A stretch of DNA of 64,000 nucleotides from Candidatus Cloacimonadales bacterium (GCA_963674825.1 OY771587.1:96001-160000), one strand, 5' to 3'. Positions 38,582 through 49,178 are shown, numbered from the stretch's first letter. Numbers and translations are program-made. The notes: generated by a model not told the origin, from the sequence alone.

Positions 38582-41500
38582 ATGAAGCACGTTATAAGCA
38601 TTATTATCTTAGCCATGGCACTTACATTGTCTGCTTATACAGCAGATTTTATGTGCAACCCAACAACTGTTGCCTTGGGTGATCCTGTCCTGTTCACATC
38701 GTTAAGTTATCCGGCTGCTACATTCCTGTTCTGGACTTTCGGCGATGGAACAACCTCAATGGGGAATAATATTTATCATACATACCCGGAAGGAGGCCTG
38801 TATTCCGTTACTATGACTGCAACATGGTGGGCTTATGGCAATCTTATGGAGGAGAAAGAGGATTATATTAACGTGCTGGAGGCGCGTTACAACACCAGTG
38901 ACACGGGAGGAACCGTACCTTACACGGCCAGTTTCACAGACTTGTCACTGGGTAGATACGATATATCAATCTGGGACTTTGGTGATGGCTCGCTACCAGA
39001 TATCAATCCTACAGAACCGATACAGCATACTTACACAGAGACCGGGCTGTTCGATGTGTCGCTGACAGTCATGGATTCGACCGGTGTTTTCCATACGTTT
39101 ACGCGTGAGGATCTGATCAATGTGACAAACGATGAACTGAGCGTGCAACTCGGAAGCGATGTAACATCAGGGTCAGCGCCATTACAAGTACATTTCTATG
39201 CAGAAACCACTGGAAACATCCTGAGTTACGACTGGGATTTTGGCGACGGTACCGCCCACAGTTATGAAGCTGATCCTATTCACACCTTTACAACAAACGG
39301 CATCTATACCGTGAGTGTGGCTGTACATGACGGCAACGAACTGGCTATCGATACAAGGCAGGATTACATCGCTGTGGGAACCGTAATCAATACTCAAGTA
39401 CCGATCGATAACGCCTACTGGCCGGCAACCGACAGCCCGTTTATCGTGTACGGAAACCTTGAGGTTGGCGCGGACGGCGTACTGGTTGTCGAGCCTGATG
39501 TCACAATCATGTTCGGCGATGGGCAATCGTTCCAGGTCAACGGACAGATGAACGCGAACGGCGCTACTTTCCGCTCGCTTGAGGGCGGTATCTGGGGCGG
39601 TATCCACTATGGCTCCAATGGATACGGGCAGCTTACGGATTGCGATATCATCGGTGCATTGAACGGAATTACTCTTCAACGGGACTCCCGTTCAAGTCGT
39701 GAAACGCCCACACTTACCAATCTCCGCATCAAGACTTCCAACACGGCCACACGTCCCGACGGGACAGGGCTTACAATCCAAGGAACGTTTGACGATGTGC
39801 TCGATACGATCCTGATTGAAGGCTACGAATACGGTATCGATATCGACAACCTTCAGGGTACCACAACAACCCCCACACTGACCAATATCCGCATCAAGAC
39901 ATCCAACACCGCCACGCGAGAGGCGGCGGAGGCAATCAACATCAACGGTTTATGCGCTCCGCAGATCAACGATGTACTGATAGAGGACTACGATACCGGT
40001 ATCATCATCAACGATACGAGCAGCGATCCACTTGCGACGCCGACCCTGACCAACGTCCGGATCAAGACGTCTAATACCGCTACGCGTAGCGCTACAAAAG
40101 CTATCTCGCTGATTAACGTCGGCGATATCCAGATCGGCGGAACAGACGAGGCCGACTCAGTAGTGATCGAAAACTACCCGTCGGGTATCGAGATGTTCCA
40201 ATCGAGCTTACGATCCCGCGCAACACCAACGCTGACCAACATCCGCATCAAGAATTCCAACACTGCAACCCGTGTCGATACAACCGCGATCTCATTCCAG
40301 GGACCGATCGACGCTCAAATCAACGGCCTTACCATTGAAGACTACGTCACTGGGCTTTATTACGACGGCGACAGCGGAGATACACGCGACACACCGACTC
40401 TAACCAATATCCGCATCAAAAATTCTAATACTGCGACCAGACGATCATCTTGTGGTATGCGTTTCTATAACCTCGATTCCGTGATCATCGGTGGACCGAC
40501 CGAGGCTGACTCGGTTATCATCGAGGGTTATGATGTCGGCTTATCGATCAATGCGAACCTGCTTCGCAGCAGAGCGACACCTACACTTACGAACATCCGG
40601 CTTAAAACCTCAACAACCGCAACTCGTGCAGTCTCACACGGTCTCGAGTTCAACGGCAATGTCACCGCGAACGTTAGCGGAGCAATTCTCGACGGATTCG
40701 ATTACGGTGTCTATTATAACATGAATGGCAACTACCGCGTTCGCGAAACGCCAACCCTGACCAATCTTCGCCTTAAATCGAGTAACACCGCAACGCGTGA
40801 ACTTACAACCGGTATTTTCCTGATGGATGTCGATGCAATCATCATCGGCGACTCAACCCATGCAGATGATATCGTGATCGACGGTTACCCAAACGGCGTC
40901 GAGGTGATGTCTGTTCTCCGTGAAATCACCACGCCGACACTCACCAATCTTCGCTTGAAATCGAGCAACACCGCAACGCGCGATCCGGGAACCGGTATCT
41001 ATTTCGGAGCTGGCACTGCTGGCTTGATCCGAGATTGTAAGATCGAGGACTATACTACGGGTATCGCTCTTGAGCTAACGGATACTGTTGAAGCACATAA
41101 TAACTCGCTGCACAATAATGCTACCGGCATCGAAATGACATCTGTCGCAAGTCCGGTTAACTTGCATCACAACATGATCTACCTCGACTCAGCATATGGA
41201 AATGCGACCATGTCATATGCGGCATTCTCGATTAACTACTCGAACAATGTTATCGTGCACAACAATACCATCTACGATTATAACTACGGCGCTTTCTTCG
41301 CCACATCGAATGCTGACTGGAACATGAATATCGTGTGGGCCGAAGACGATTTCAATAGCGCGATCAGCGCTCCCGATTCAAACTCGACACTCAGCGTGAT
41401 CTATAACAACATGATGGACTATAACACTACGAACGGTAATATCTCTGCTGATCCCAAGTTCATCAACGCAATGGATGGTAACTTTAGCCTACGCGCAAGC

Positions 41501-43078
41501 AGCCCCTGTATCAACGCCGGTGATCCGGACTTCAACGACAACGGCTCCAGCTGGAGCAACGACCCGTTGGATCAGGATCCAGACGGCACCCGTATGGATA
41601 TCGGAGCATTCTGCTATGATGCCAATAGCGCAGTCGTTCCAGGTCAACCCGAAGACGGAATGCCTATTGGAAACAACGTCTCGCTCGATTTCCCGATGGT
41701 GCATTGGTCGGATGACTACGATGTATTCCGCTGGACCATCTATCTCGATACGAATGCAGATTTTAACTCACCCAATGCTATCTACAACGATAACCTCAGC
41801 GAGAACCAGTACGAGTTCACTGCCGGGTACCTTCTGGAAGATACCACATACTATGTAAAAGTGTTGGCGCGGAATATTCGCGATGAATCGAGCGCCCCGC
41901 TGGAATGGTCGTTCCACACGCAGATGCCGGACGGTAGCGGTGATCAGGATAATGGAACCGGCCTTGCCGGAGATGTGGTCGAGACCACTGAATGGGGAGC
42001 TGGAACGTATCAGATGGATATCCCGCAAGTCGGGGGCATAGCCTCACCTTCGGTAATATTCAGTCCGTTCTCCATCCCGACGTCGCAAATCATCCTGGTA
42101 ACTGAACTCGGTATCAAAGGCGGTGCTTCAGGTAGCCAGCAACGAATCGAATTCGAGGAGTTCATCGCGAGAATGGCTTCTGTCGGCTCACTGACCGATC
42201 TTGATATGGCAGTGCGTGTCACCTCGACCGACAACTCGGTATTTAACGGAACATTGACCCTCAATCTGGATGGTTATCCCTACGAAGTGAATTACATCTA
42301 CTACTCGATCGACGAAGGCGTGTGGATCGCGATTCCCAAGTGGGAATCGGGTATGGAAACACCATGCTTCACGTTCGACGGCACGACACTCATTATCACC
42401 GGACTCAGCACCGGCCGTGCAGGCGGTGATCTCGATATCGGCGTTGGTGGTAACGACTTCACCCTGCCGGTTTCCCTTTCGTCATTCGCAGCAACCACAA
42501 CGACAGCCGGATTTGTGCAACTCAATTGGGTGACCGAATCCGAGACCGACATGCTCGGATATAATCTCTACCGCGCTGAAGAAGAGGATCTCAATGAAGC
42601 GCAGCTTGTTACCATACCGATGATCGACGCACAAAACAATGCAAGTGAAACAGCATACGAATTCATCGACGAAGACGTTGCCAACGAACATACTTACTTC
42701 TACTGGCTCCAGATCATCGAGATGACCGGATCCTGCGACTTCTTTGGCCCGATCTCCGTCACGGTGAACGGTGACCCGGATGAACCGCCAGCACCGGAAT
42801 ACATCACGGCATTACAGGGTAACTTCCCGAATCCGTTCAATCCTGAAACGCGCATAAAGTTCTCGCTGGCAGAGCAGACCGACGTAGAAATTAGCATTTA
42901 CAACGTCAAAGGTCAGCGCGTCCGAACCTACAAGATGGACGACTGCCCCGAAGGTAATCACACCATTAACTGGACAGGAAAGGATGACTCGGGAAAACCA
43001 GTTTCGTCGAGTGTCTATTTCATCAAGATGGAGACCGAAACCTACAAGAAGATTCACAAGGCATTGCTGATTAAGTAG
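38582..43078 (+). CDS. 1498-aa secreted protein: 3 PKD domains, repeat-containing beta-helix region, Ig/FN3-like domains, FlgD/T9SS-type CTD
   Basis: Signal peptide; three W(T/D)FGDG PKD motifs; 8x TPTLTN.R.K.S.TATR; SPCINAG...RMDIGA; NFPNPFNPET...IYNVKGQRVR. Confidence 0.88.
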   Translation: MKHVISIIILAMALTLSAYTADFMCNPTTVALGDPVLFTSLSYPAATFLFWTFGDGTTSMGNNIYHTYPEGGLYSVTMTATWWAYGNLMEEKEDYINVLEARYNTSDTGGTVPYTASFTDLSLGRYDISIWDFGDGSLPDINPTEPIQHTYTETGLFDVSLTVMDSTGVFHTFTREDLINVTNDELSVQLGSDVTSGSAPLQVHFYAETTGNILSYDWDFGDGTAHSYEADPIHTFTTNGIYTVSVAVHDGNELAIDTRQDYIAVGTVINTQVPIDNAYWPATDSPFIVYGNLEVGADGVLVVEPDVTIMFGDGQSFQVNGQMNANGATFRSLEGGIWGGIHYGSNGYGQLTDCDIIGALNGITLQRDSRSSRETPTLTNLRIKTSNTATRPDGTGLTIQGTFDDVLDTILIEGYEYGIDIDNLQGTTTTPTLTNIRIKTSNTATREAAEAININGLCAPQINDVLIEDYDTGIIINDTSSDPLATPTLTNVRIKTSNTATRSATKAISLINVGDIQIGGTDEADSVVIENYPSGIEMFQSSLRSRATPTLTNIRIKNSNTATRVDTTAISFQGPIDAQINGLTIEDYVTGLYYDGDSGDTRDTPTLTNIRIKNSNTATRRSSCGMRFYNLDSVIIGGPTEADSVIIEGYDVGLSINANLLRSRATPTLTNIRLKTSTTATRAVSHGLEFNGNVTANVSGAILDGFDYGVYYNMNGNYRVRETPTLTNLRLKSSNTATRELTTGIFLMDVDAIIIGDSTHADDIVIDGYPNGVEVMSVLREITTPTLTNLRLKSSNTATRDPGTGIYFGAGTAGLIRDCKIEDYTTGIALELTDTVEAHNNSLHNNATGIEMTSVASPVNLHHNMIYLDSAYGNATMSYAAFSINYSNNVIVHNNTIYDYNYGAFFATSNADWNMNIVWAEDDFNSAISAPDSNSTLSVIYNNMMDYNTTNGNISADPKFINAMDGNFSLRASSPCINAGDPDFNDNGSSWSNDPLDQDPDGTRMDIGAFCYDANSAVVPGQPEDGMPIGNNVSLDFPMVHWSDDYDVFRWTIYLDTNADFNSPNAIYNDNLSENQYEFTAGYLLEDTTYYVKVLARNIRDESSAPLEWSFHTQMPDGSGDQDNGTGLAGDVVETTEWGAGTYQMDIPQVGGIASPSVIFSPFSIPTSQIILVTELGIKGGASGSQQRIEFEEFIARMASVGSLTDLDMAVRVTSTDNSVFNGTLTLNLDGYPYEVNYIYYSIDEGVWIAIPKWESGMETPCFTFDGTTLIITGLSTGRAGGDLDIGVGGNDFTLPVSLSSFAATTTTAGFVQLNWVTESETDMLGYNLYRAEEEDLNEAQLVTIPMIDAQNNASETAYEFIDEDVANEHTYFYWLQIIEMTGSCDFFGPISVTVNGDPDEPPAPEYITALQGNFPNPFNPETRIKFSLAEQTDVEISIYNVKGQRVRTYKMDDCPEGNHTINWTGKDDSGKPVSSSVYFIKMETETYKKIHKALLIK

Positions 43079-43110
43079 CCTGCTGCAAGCACAGCAGATA
43101 TTGACATACT

Positions 43111-43139
43111 TAAAGGGCAGATCATCGATCTGCCCTTTA
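43111..43139 (+). terminator. Intrinsic terminator
   Basis: TAAAGGGCAGATC-ATC-GATCTGCCCTTTA. Confidence 0.8.
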
Positions 43140-43201
43140 TCTTATGAAATCACCTTCAGAATGTTGATTTTATGGATTATTGACGAGAATTGGGATAGAA
43201 T

Positions 43202-43225
43202 TGCCAAGCTGGGGCTTGGCGCTCC
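43202..43225 (-). repeat. Solitary REP (GGAG class)
   Basis: TGCCAAGCTGGGGCTTGGCGCTCC, identical to 28111-28134. Confidence 0.9.
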
Positions 43226-43393
43226 AAGGGGAATGTAGGCGCTTATGCATCGACTCTGTGAGAGCTTCGAGTTTGCGCTCCGCAAAACTCACAGCATCAA
43301 CATGACACAGCAGTAACAAACCGTTTTTTATTGACACGTGACCGGGGTGAAACAAAGTGTAATGTTCGATGGTTATACTCTGCGAGAGGTTGT

Positions 43394-44338
43394 ATGAAAT
43401 ATCTGAAATATAGTGTTTTGCTACTGCTGGTAGCTCTTGTATTCACTTATACCGGATGCGGAAGCAGTGAGAATATTACATCTACAGACGTCAATGACGA
43501 TCCATCCGATTCAACCGTCACCATCGAGGATCTCGAATTCGGAACCAATTCCACCTTCGACCTCATGACCTGGAATCTGCAGAACTTCCCTAAATCATCC
43601 ACCACGCCAAATCTCGCAGCAACGGTGATTCGCTCGCTTGACCTCGAGGTTGTGGCTTTCCAGGAGATCGAAGACTCGGTGTCGTTCCGGTATCTGCTCG
43701 AAGATCTGGCTGGCTGGAATTGCTGGCGTGCAACAAGCGCTTCATACGATATTAACGTAGCCTACGCTTGGAGCCCGGAAGTCGAAATACAGTCAATTTA
43801 CGAGATTTATACGCATAATAGCCGTGAATTTCCACGCTCACCACTCGTATTCGAACTATCCTGGCGCGGGAATAACCTCATCCTGGTCAATCTGCACCTC
43901 AAAGCGTTGGGCGATAATTATATCGACGAAAACGACAGTTGGGATGAAGAGGTGCGACGTCGCGACGCAGTTGATCTGATAAAAGAATGGATCGACAGCA
44001 ACCATCCGAACGACAACGTAATTGTGTTGGGCGACTGGAACGATCAGCTACAGGAATCGCAGGCAACGAACGTCTTCTGGAGTATACTGCAATCCGACGA
44101 TTACCTTTTTGCCGATCTCGAATTGGCTCAATCCGGCAATGTCGATAACTTTTCGTATCCCATCTACGCATCCCATATCGACCACATCTTGATAACGGAT
44201 GAGCTGATCGATGCGTTTCATGACAGCGCATCCAAAATCGGAACCTTACGAATTGATGAGGTTCTCGATGGAGGCTGGAACGAATACGACGATGATTTAT
44301 CCGATCACCGGCCTGTCGCCATCAGTCTGAATCTGTAA
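43394..44338 (+). CDS. Endonuclease/exonuclease/phosphatase family lipoprotein
   Basis: Lipobox YTGC; TWNL, FQEI, LHLKA, GDWND, IDHI, SDHRPV. Confidence 0.9.
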   Translation: MKYLKYSVLLLLVALVFTYTGCGSSENITSTDVNDDPSDSTVTIEDLEFGTNSTFDLMTWNLQNFPKSSTTPNLAATVIRSLDLEVVAFQEIEDSVSFRYLLEDLAGWNCWRATSASYDINVAYAWSPEVEIQSIYEIYTHNSREFPRSPLVFELSWRGNNLILVNLHLKALGDNYIDENDSWDEEVRRRDAVDLIKEWIDSNHPNDNVIVLGDWNDQLQESQATNVFWSILQSDDYLFADLELAQSGNVDNFSYPIYASHIDHILITDELIDAFHDSASKIGTLRIDEVLDGGWNEYDDDLSDHRPVAISLNL

Positions 44339-44353
44339 ACACAAGGAACCTGA

Positions 44354-47300
44354 GTGAAGAAAGATTATTTGATATTTCGAAACGACAACAAAGACCGCGA
44401 ACGCGTCGTCGAAAACCTCGCAAGTTTTTATGTGGCGGTGCTGACATCCGGTGAAGACGTCTCATCGCATGAGATCAACATCCTCTATTCGCTGCTGGAG
44501 AATCTGTTCCGGCACGAAGTTATATCCTGGGAAAACTACCTGCGACAGATTGTCCAGAAACCAATCGATTTCGAAGAAGTGCTGAACTTCCTGAACAAGA
44601 ACCTGATCACACTGGACAAGATTCGTATCCTACTCAGCCTCATCGTGCTGGCGAATTCGGACAACCAGTTCACCTCCTCGGAAGTGACCAAGATCCTCGA
44701 GCTCGCTAAACGGATGAATGTCGAGACCGAAGGCCTCATGTCCATCATCGACGCAATCGAGTACGGCAAGAGCGACCCGGTCTCCATCAGCGGATTCCGC
44801 TATTTCGCGCATACAGATCGTTCCGTCTTCCGCGATTATCTGCTGATCGGGCGCAATCCTGAATGCAGCATCCTTTTCCAGGATAAAAAGTTCGCCGATT
44901 TCGAACTGCTTGTCGTGGAAATTGATCGCTATATCTTCCTGGGAACAAGCCCCGGCACAACCGCGATGGTAAACGACGTGAAGCTCCAGCCCATGCGGCT
45001 CTACACCTTCCCGGAAGATGCCACGCTGAAAATCGGCTCTACCCGGTTCCACGCAAATCACCTTCGCAGAATGTATGCAGCCCGTGAGACGGACGATATC
45101 ATCGATTTCAAGAACGTCGATTACAGCTTCAAGATCATCAATCACAAAAACCACTATTCGGTAGTGGTCGATAACCGCACCGTTTACAAAAACGGCAAGC
45201 AACTTCCGCATCACAAGGAACAGCCGGTTTATTTCGACGATGTCCTGCAAATCAAGGGCTATGAGCCGTTCAACCTGCTCAACGTGATCGAACAACGCGA
45301 GGAGATCGGTGTATCGAATCTGAAACCCTCCGAGCTTTTCATCAACTTCGATGACGACTATTTCAGCATATCTCGCCAGGAATCGCATAAGACCTTCGCG
45401 CGGATCACCATCGACCAGAACGTTTTCACGATCCACCCACCGAGGAAAGTCTGGGACCTCTTTCTGAACAACCAGAAAATCGATAAACCCGCCGAATTCC
45501 TGCTCAACACGGATATCTTCACGCTCAATAAGCGTAACTTCCGCATCAATAACTTCATGGATATCGTTGAGATACCCTTTGAAGTTGAGCAGATTGGATT
45601 CAGGGATATCAAACACTACTTCAAAGACGGTACGCTGGCGGTTGACAGCCTCTCCTTCGAAGCCAACCGTGGCGAACTCATCGCCATTTTGGGCCAGAGC
45701 GGTTGCGGAAAATCGACACTGCTCAAATCCATCTCCGGCGAATATATCCCCACATTCGGCTCGATTGAAATCGACGGTAAGGACTTCTACAGCAACCTGA
45801 ACTTTTTCACGCAGCACATCGGTTACGTACCGCAGGAAGACCTCCTGTTCTCAAACCTGACCGTCTATGAAAACCTGCTCTATCGTGGTAATCTGCAAAT
45901 GCCGCAGATCTCTCAGGCGCACATGGATCAGAAGATCGGCAACATCCTGATGGAGACCAACCTTCTGCACCGAAGAAACGTTCAGGCTGGTGATGTGAAA
46001 AACAAGATGCTCAGCGGTGGTGAACGCAAGAGGCTGAACATCGCACTGGAGCTGCTCTTCGAGCCATCCATCATCATCTGCGACGAACCCACTTCGGGCC
46101 TCTCCTCGCGAGATTCGGAGCAGATCGTCAAGCTACTCAAACAGCTCAGCGTTCAGGGCAAGATCGTAATCATCACTATACACCAGCCCAACCCGGATAT
46201 TTTTTTCCTCTTCGATCGCGTACTGCTGATGGATCAAGGCGGTAAGCAAGTCTATTTCGGAACGCCGGAAGAGGCGTTTTCCTATTTCGATTCGGAAGTC
46301 GAGGAACTCACTGTCAACCGCGAAGGAATCCTACGTAAACGCTCGCTGCGCATGCCCGAATATATGTACGAGATCATCGCGTATCCCGAATACAACCAGA
46401 ATAACGAAGTGACCTACATCCAGACACAGCAGAACATCATGGTAAAGCGGAGGTTTCCACCTGATTACTGGAAGGATAAATTCAAGCGAAAGATGCTGTT
46501 CGACCTGATGCGGATCGATAAAAGCGAAAATGAGAATCCGCAGAAATCTCAGTCTCGCAAGCGCAGGAAACTGGATCTTCGTGGTCATTACGTGCAGATG
46601 AAGACATTCCTGATACGGAATATCTTGATGAAGCTGCGTAACCGCTCCAACATGTTCATCACCTTTATGGAAGCGCCGCTTCTGGCATTCCTGCTGGCGT
46701 TCATCCTCAGGCTCGCGCCTACCGAGGGATCATACACATACTCCGGCAACATCAACATGGGTGTTTATCTGTTTATCTCGGTGATCGTGTTCGTGTTCCT
46801 GGGGTTATCAAGCAGTGTCGAAGAGATTCTATCGGAGCGACGAACGATCCTTCGAGAAAAGATGCTCAACCTGAAGATGAGCTATTTCATTCTGACCAAG
46901 CTCATTTCACTGAGTATCTTCGCGCTGGCACAAGTGCTGGTTTATTACTTTGTATCTGCGCTGTTCCTGGAGATTCGCGGCGTCTTTTTTCCAAGCGTGC
47001 TCTATTTCTTCGCGGCGTCGTTCATTGGATTTTCGATCGGCATGCTGATCTCGACGTTTATTCACAACTCGAAGGCGATCATCAATATCCTGCCGGTCGT
47101 CTTGGTTCCGCAGATCGTCTTTGGCGGAGCGATTATTGAATACGAGCGCATGAACCGACAGATTACGTTCATCAAGAAGAACCCGATTCCCGAAATCGTG
47201 CAGGTCATGCCGTCAAAATGGCTCTTTGAAGGTATCTACACTGCGTATGCCAAAATGAATCCCTACGACTCAGAGCGCGCAAGACTCAAGAAAAAAAGAT

Positions 47301-47623
47301 TGACACTGAAGAATCAATATCGCGATGGTTTGTTAAATACAAAAGAGTATGACGAAGCCAGATACGGGGTTGTTGAGGAATTGGACAGCCTTCCGGATAA
47401 ATATCCGCGCAAGAAATACGTTAACGAGATGATAACGGTATCTGTGGATATCATGAACGGTAAATTCCTCAATGAAAATAAAAATGTCTTCCTGTCGAGC
47501 TATAAACGATTTTTTGGCGTGACATTCAAGACATACTGGTTTAATCTTTTGATGATAACGTTCATGGGAATCATCGTCAACGCGGCGACATTCCTAAGGA
47601 TGAAGTTCTTTTATAGAGAATAG
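44354..47623 (+). CDS. TerB-like domain + beta-rich (FHA-like) region + ABCG-type ATPase + ABC2 membrane domain
   Basis: LANSDNQFTSSEV (TerB-like); IGRNPECSI; GQSGCGKS, LSGGERKR, CDEPTSGL, TIHQP; six C-terminal TM helices. Confidence 0.85.
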   Translation: MKKDYLIFRNDNKDRERVVENLASFYVAVLTSGEDVSSHEINILYSLLENLFRHEVISWENYLRQIVQKPIDFEEVLNFLNKNLITLDKIRILLSLIVLANSDNQFTSSEVTKILELAKRMNVETEGLMSIIDAIEYGKSDPVSISGFRYFAHTDRSVFRDYLLIGRNPECSILFQDKKFADFELLVVEIDRYIFLGTSPGTTAMVNDVKLQPMRLYTFPEDATLKIGSTRFHANHLRRMYAARETDDIIDFKNVDYSFKIINHKNHYSVVVDNRTVYKNGKQLPHHKEQPVYFDDVLQIKGYEPFNLLNVIEQREEIGVSNLKPSELFINFDDDYFSISRQESHKTFARITIDQNVFTIHPPRKVWDLFLNNQKIDKPAEFLLNTDIFTLNKRNFRINNFMDIVEIPFEVEQIGFRDIKHYFKDGTLAVDSLSFEANRGELIAILGQSGCGKSTLLKSISGEYIPTFGSIEIDGKDFYSNLNFFTQHIGYVPQEDLLFSNLTVYENLLYRGNLQMPQISQAHMDQKIGNILMETNLLHRRNVQAGDVKNKMLSGGERKRLNIALELLFEPSIIICDEPTSGLSSRDSEQIVKLLKQLSVQGKIVIITIHQPNPDIFFLFDRVLLMDQGGKQVYFGTPEEAFSYFDSEVEELTVNREGILRKRSLRMPEYMYEIIAYPEYNQNNEVTYIQTQQNIMVKRRFPPDYWKDKFKRKMLFDLMRIDKSENENPQKSQSRKRRKLDLRGHYVQMKTFLIRNILMKLRNRSNMFITFMEAPLLAFLLAFILRLAPTEGSYTYSGNINMGVYLFISVIVFVFLGLSSSVEEILSERRTILREKMLNLKMSYFILTKLISLSIFALAQVLVYYFVSALFLEIRGVFFPSVLYFFAASFIGFSIGMLISTFIHNSKAIINILPVVLVPQIVFGGAIIEYERMNRQITFIKKNPIPEIVQVMPSKWLFEGIYTAYAKMNPYDSERARLKKKRLTLKNQYRDGLLNTKEYDEARYGVVEELDSLPDKYPRKKYVNEMITVSVDIMNGKFLNENKNVFLSSYKRFFGVTFKTYWFNLLMITFMGIIVNAATFLRMKFFYRE

Positions 47624-47718
47624 CAGCAATGGCGGATGTAGTTCTCTGGTAGAGAATCACGCCTGCCAATTAAAAGGTAATCAACAATAAATCAATAGAA
47701 TAGAGTGAGGAGGATCTC

Positions 47719-48525
47719 ATGAATCGATGGACCATTTTACTTCTTGCAATGGTACTGATTCTGGCCGCCTGTCAGGCGGAGAAAAAGCAGGAGACGGCAC
47801 AGCCCGAACCTGCACAGAAAGAAGCTGTAGATGCAGAATTCTACTACTTCCCGCTTCCTTCTTTCCAGGACGTGTTTGGTAAGCTCGATTACCTCACACC
47901 TGCCGATTTCGGCAAATTCGTCCCGGAAGATTTCAAGCGGATCGACGACGACAACACCAAGGCCGCGTTTGAGCTGGGCTCGCTTTCAGCTGACGCCATT
48001 CTGGTCACCAAAAGCCGCAACCGTTCCAAACTTCTTGGAATCGCTCAGGAGATGATTTTCTACTCGAAGAGCTTCATCGTAGAAGAGCGCATCCTGCAGC
48101 TTGCGGACAAGCTCAAGAAAGAAGTTGAAACGGATAACTGGGAAGCGCTTCAAACAACGCTCGACGAAGATAAGGATAGCGTGATCAACGCGCTTTACGA
48201 AGCACGCGAATACGATAACTTTATCCTGATGCAACTCGGCGGATGGGTCGAAGGCCTCTATCAGACAGCCATGCTTCTCAACGACAATTATGATCGCGAC
48301 AAGACCGATTTTCTCAACCAGATCGGTATACTGAATCAGCTGATCAACAACGTTGACAAGATGCCGAACGAGCACGTGAAAGCCTCGGAAAATTACCAGA
48401 TCGCGCAGAAGAACCTGTATGCGATTCGCGATCTCCTGAAAGCACAGGAAGATCAGAAATATTCCAAGGAAGACGTCGAAAAATTGATCGGTCTGACCTT
48501 GCAGATCAAGCAGGCGTTCAAATAA
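47719..48525 (+). CDS. Hypothetical helical lipoprotein
   Basis: GAGGAGG RBS; lipobox LAAC; LGGWVEGLY motif. Confidence 0.82.
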   Translation: MNRWTILLLAMVLILAACQAEKKQETAQPEPAQKEAVDAEFYYFPLPSFQDVFGKLDYLTPADFGKFVPEDFKRIDDDNTKAAFELGSLSADAILVTKSRNRSKLLGIAQEMIFYSKSFIVEERILQLADKLKKEVETDNWEALQTTLDEDKDSVINALYEAREYDNFILMQLGGWVEGLYQTAMLLNDNYDRDKTDFLNQIGILNQLINNVDKMPNEHVKASENYQIAQKNLYAIRDLLKAQEDQKYSKEDVEKLIGLTLQIKQAFK

Positions 48526-48545
48526 TTATCTGCTATAATCATTTG

Positions 48546-48585
48546 AAATCCCGGGTTGTTTTCAAAGCAATCCGGGATTTTTTTT
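48546..48585 (+). terminator. Intrinsic terminator
   Basis: AAATCCCGGGTTG...CAATCCGGGATTTTTTTT. Confidence 0.8.
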
Positions 48586-48854
48586 AACTTACGCAATCGC
48601 AATGGCTTTGCCGTTTACATCAACTATACTAAATCACGCAAAGATGAGCGTATTTTCTTACATATCAAAGCTTTAAAGCATTTATATGATTGACCTAAAA
48701 CTAATTTTTCATTAGGAAAAACGAATCTCAAAAGAGGTTAGAAACGCTGGAATCCCTTGTAAATAAGGGGTTCACGCATATTTTTTTATTGACAACATTT
48801 TTAAATTTAGGTCATACAGGTATTTGTAACGCCAAATAAATAACGGAGGTGCGT

Positions 48855-49127
48855 ATGAGCAGAGAAGAATTGGTAGCAAAAATCGCAGAGGAAGCAGGTA
48901 TTACAAAAAAGGCTGCAACCGCTGCACTCAATGCAACAATCGATGGTATCCAGGCCGCTCTGGCAAAGGGCGACAAGGTTTCTCTGGTTGGTTTCGGTAC
49001 ATTTGCCGTGGCCAAGAGAGCAGCTCGTAAGGGAATCAATCCGCAGACCAAGAAAGCGATCAAGATTCCGGCACGTAAAGTTCCTGTATTCCGTGCAGGC
49101 AAGAAACTCAAAGAAGCCGTCAAATAG
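48855..49127 (+). CDS. hup: HU family DNA-binding protein
   Basis: GGAGG RBS; LVGFGTF, RAARKGINPQT, VPVFRAGK. Confidence 0.96.
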   Translation: MSREELVAKIAEEAGITKKAATAALNATIDGIQAALAKGDKVSLVGFGTFAVAKRAARKGINPQTKKAIKIPARKVPVFRAGKKLKEAVK

Positions 49128-49143
49128 TTGCGTTTACTGATTT

Positions 49144-49178
49144 AAGGGATAGAGGCATCTTCGTCTTTGTCCCTTTTT
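49144..49178 (+). terminator. Intrinsic terminator
   Basis: AAGGGATAGAGGC...GTCTTTGTCCCTTTTT. Confidence 0.7.

Noticed and set aside
44630..45817. 395-aa antisense ORF and similar long shadows (31763-32695, 57555-58466, 37437-38267)
   Set aside because: They lie opposite well-supported genes, have no motifs, and are expected from codon bias.
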